Below are positions 61,720 through 64,000 of a DNA stretch of 64,000 bases, piece after piece (the first letter of the stretch is position 1; the number at the start of each line of letters is the position of its first letter). The notes below the pieces were generated by a model that was given only the letters and a program-made list of their open reading frames with translations, searched no databases and was not told where the DNA came from. Origin of the DNA: Eledone cirrhosa (taxonomy: Eukaryota). The position numbers were made by a program, and so were the translations under genes. Location of the stretch: NCBI GenBank assembly GCA_964016885.1, contig OZ024744.1, positions 1,860,001-1,924,000 on the forward strand, given 5' to 3'.

Positions 61720-64000
61720 CCCTCAAAATTTCGTTCTTCACCAAGCTATCTTTCTCGACCTTGTCTTCTCCCAAAACTTCGTTATTCAGCAAGCTATCTT
61801 TCTCTACCTTGTCTTCCCTCAAAACTTCGTTCTTCACCAAGCTATCTTTCTCTACCTTGTCTTCCCCCCAAAACTTCGTTCTTCACCAAGCTATCTTTCT
61901 CTACCTTGTCTTCTCCCAAAACTTCGTTATTCACCAAGCTATCTTTCTCTACCTTGTCTTCCCTCAAAACTTCGTTCTTCACCAAGCTATCTTTCTCTAC
62001 CTTGTCTTCCCCCAAAACTTCGTTCTTCACCAAGCTATCTTTCTCTACCTTGTCTTCCCCCAAAACTTCGTTCTTCACCAAGCTATCTTTCTCTACCTTG
62101 TCTTCCCTCAAAACTTCGTTCTTCACCATGTCATCTTTCTCTACCTTGTCATCCCTCAAAACTTCGTTCTTCACCAATCTATCTTTCTCTACCTTGTCTT
62201 CCCCCAAAACTTCGTTCTTCACCAAGCTATCTTTCTCTAGCTTGGCTTCACACAAAACTTCGTTCTTCACCAAGCTATCTTTCTCTACCTTGTCTTCCCA
62301 CAAAACGTCATTCTTCACCAAGCTATCTTTCTCTACCTTGTCTTCCGTCAAAACTTCGTTCTTCACCAAGATATCTTTCTCTACCTTGTCTCCTCCCAAA
62401 ACTTCGTTCTTCACCAAGCTATCTTTCTCTACCTTGTCTTCCCCCAAAACTTCGTTCTTCACCAAGCTATCTTTCTCTACCTTGTCTTCCCCCAAAACTT
62501 CGTTCTTCACCAAGCTATCTTTCTCTACCTTGTCTTCTCCCAAAACTTCGTTATTCACCAAGCTATCTTTCTCTACCTTGTCTTCCCTCAAAACTTCGTT
62601 CTTCACCAAGCTATATTTCTCTACCTTGTCTTCCCCCAAAACTTCGTTCTTCACCAAGCTATCTTTCTCTACCTTGTCTTCCCCCAAAACTTCGTTCTTC
62701 ACCAAGCTATCTTTCTCTACCTTGTCTTCCCCCAAAACTTCGTTCTTCACCAAGCTATCTTTCTCTACCTTGTCTTCCCACAAAACGTCATTCTTCACCA
62801 AGCTATCTTTCTCTACCTTGTCTTCCGTCAAAACTTCGTTCTTCACCAAGATATCTTTCTCTACCTTGTCTCCTCCCAAAACTTCGTTCTTCACCAAGCT
62901 ATCTTTCTCTACCTTATCTTCCCTCAGAACTTCGTTCTTCACCAAGCTATCTCTCTCTACCTTGTCTTCCCCCAAAACTTCGTTCTTTACCAAGCTATCT
63001 TTCTCTACATTGTCTTCCCCAAAACTTCGTTCTTCACCAAGCTATCTTTCTCTACCTTGTCTTCCCTCAAAACGTCGTTCTTCACCAAGCTATCTTACTC
63101 TACCTTGTCTTCCCCCAAAACTTCGTTCTTCACCAAGCTATCTTTCTCTACCTTGTCTTCCCCCAAAACTTCGTTCTTCACCAAGCTATCTTTCTCTACC
63201 TCGTCTTCCCTCAAAACTTCGTTCTTCACCAAGCTATCTTTCTCTACCTTGTCTTCCCTCAAAATTTCGTTCTTCACCAAGCTATCTTTCTCGACCTTGT
63301 CTTCTCCCAAAACTTCGTTATTCAGCAAGCTATCTTTCTCTACCTTGTCTTCCCTCAAAACTTCGTTCTTCACCAAGCTATCTTTCTCTACCTTGTCTTC
63401 CCCCCAAAACTTCGTTCTTCACCAAGCTATCTTTCTCTACCTTGTCTTCTCCCAAAACTTCGTTATTCACCAAGCTATCTTTCTCTACCTTGTCTTCCCT
63501 CAAAACTTCGTTCTTCACCAAGCTATCTTTCTCTACCTTGTCTTCCCCCAAAACTTCGTTCTTCACCAAGCTATCTTTCTCTACCTTGTCTTCCCCCAAA
63601 ACTTCGTTCTTCACCAAGCTATCTTTCTCTACCTTGTCTTCCCTCAAAACTTCGTTCTTCACCATGTCATCTTTCTCTACCTTGTCATCCCTCAAAACTT
63701 CGTTCTTCACCAATCTATCTTTCTCTACCTTGTCTTCCCCCAAAACTTCGTTCTTCACCAAGCTATCTTTCTCTAGCTTGGCTTCACACAAAACTTCGTT
63801 CTTCACCACGCTATCTTTCTCTACCTTGTCTTCCCACAAAACGTCATTCTTCACCAAGCTATCTTTCTCTACCTTGTCTTCCGTCAAAACTTCGTTCTTC
63901 ACCAAGATATCTTTCTCTACCTTGTCTCCTCCCAAAACTTCGTTCTTCACCAAGCTATCTTTCTCTACCTTGTCTTCCCCCAAAACTTCGTTCTTCACCA
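61720..64000. repeat. Block duplication, offset 1536 bp (32 monomers), second copy truncated by the window end
   Basis: 49-bp six-C unit at ~61865 and ~63400. ORFs 61842 and 63378 share their C-terminal sequence. Confidence 0.85.

Larger units (their letters stand above)
184..63998 (-). other. Fragmented reading frame of a 16-aa K/E/D-rich repeat (DKVEKDSLVKNEVLGE); not called as a gene
   Basis: One - strand frame of the consensus is open and the other two contain stops. It is broken every ~0.2-1.5 kb by 1-bp indels and a few TAA variants. There is no unique N- or C-terminal sequence in the window. Confidence 0.25.
1..64000. repeat. 48-bp tandem satellite array, single orientation, ~1,335 monomers, open at both window edges
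   Basis: Consensus TCTTCCCCCAAAACTTCGTTCTTCACCAAGCTATCTTTCTCTACCTTG recurs head-to-tail from base 1 to 64000. Most copies differ by 0-3 substitutions, with occasional 47- or 49-bp units. Consensus composition is A9 C18 G3 T18. All ORF translations show 16-aa periodicity. Confidence 0.99.

Noticed and set aside
1-64000. CRISPR array
   Set aside because: There are no unique spacers (monomers abut directly), no palindromic repeat, and no leader or cas genes.
1-64000. G-quadruplex on the - strand
   Set aside because: There is only one G4-5 run per 48 bp, with ~43-nt loops, and it is frequently interrupted by variants.
1-64000. Nucleosome-length or curvature phasing (3x48=144, 4x48=192; AAAA tract)
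   Set aside because: There is no 3- or 4-monomer periodicity among variants, and one short A-tract per 48 bp is not in helical phase.
1-64000. Pure sequencing or amplification artefact (rolling-circle concatemer, homopolymer errors)
   Set aside because: Variants and indels are linked and inherited across nested blocks with graded divergence, which random error or one circular template would not produce. Individual young duplications still need read confirmation.
1-64000. Transposon, RNA gene, promoter or terminator hidden in the array
   Set aside because: No non-repeat segment, inverted repeat or orientation switch was found on reading through. The - strand ORF fragments tile nearly the entire window with the same repeat.
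1-64000. Antigenic-variation cassette library or diversity-generating system
   Set aside because: There is no expression locus, recombinase or reverse transcriptase, and no adenine-specific or hypervariable window. The variation is explained by ordinary mutation plus block duplication.

Overview
The whole 64-kb window is one uninterrupted, head-to-tail tandem array of a 48-bp monomer (consensus TCTTCCCCCAAAACTTCGTTCTTCACCAAGCTATCTTTCTCTACCTTG, about 1,335 copies). I saw no unique DNA, inversions, spacers or inserted elements, and the array runs off both ends. The huge + strand ORFs are artefacts of a stop-free monomer whose length is divisible by 3. The information lies in the variants. A limited set of diagnostic monomers recurs in fixed-order modules, and these have been amplified by nested block duplications (offsets of 384, 1198, 1246, 1536, ~2150-2450, 3115, 4842/4746, 5178, 6994, 6998 and 10109 bp). 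Variant families turn over from left to right. The - strand reads as a charged 16-aa repeat (DKVEKDSLVKNEVLGE) broken by recurrent, inherited 1-bp indels, so the satellite may derive from a coding repeat. One variant lineage appears to homogenise two sub-repeats 18 bp apart inside the monomer. The sequence is most consistent with eukaryotic satellite DNA. The organism and chromosomal role (centromeric, subtelomeric or other) cannot be determined from this window, and I can support no protein-coding system here. Block boundaries were read by eye and are approximate to about one monomer.
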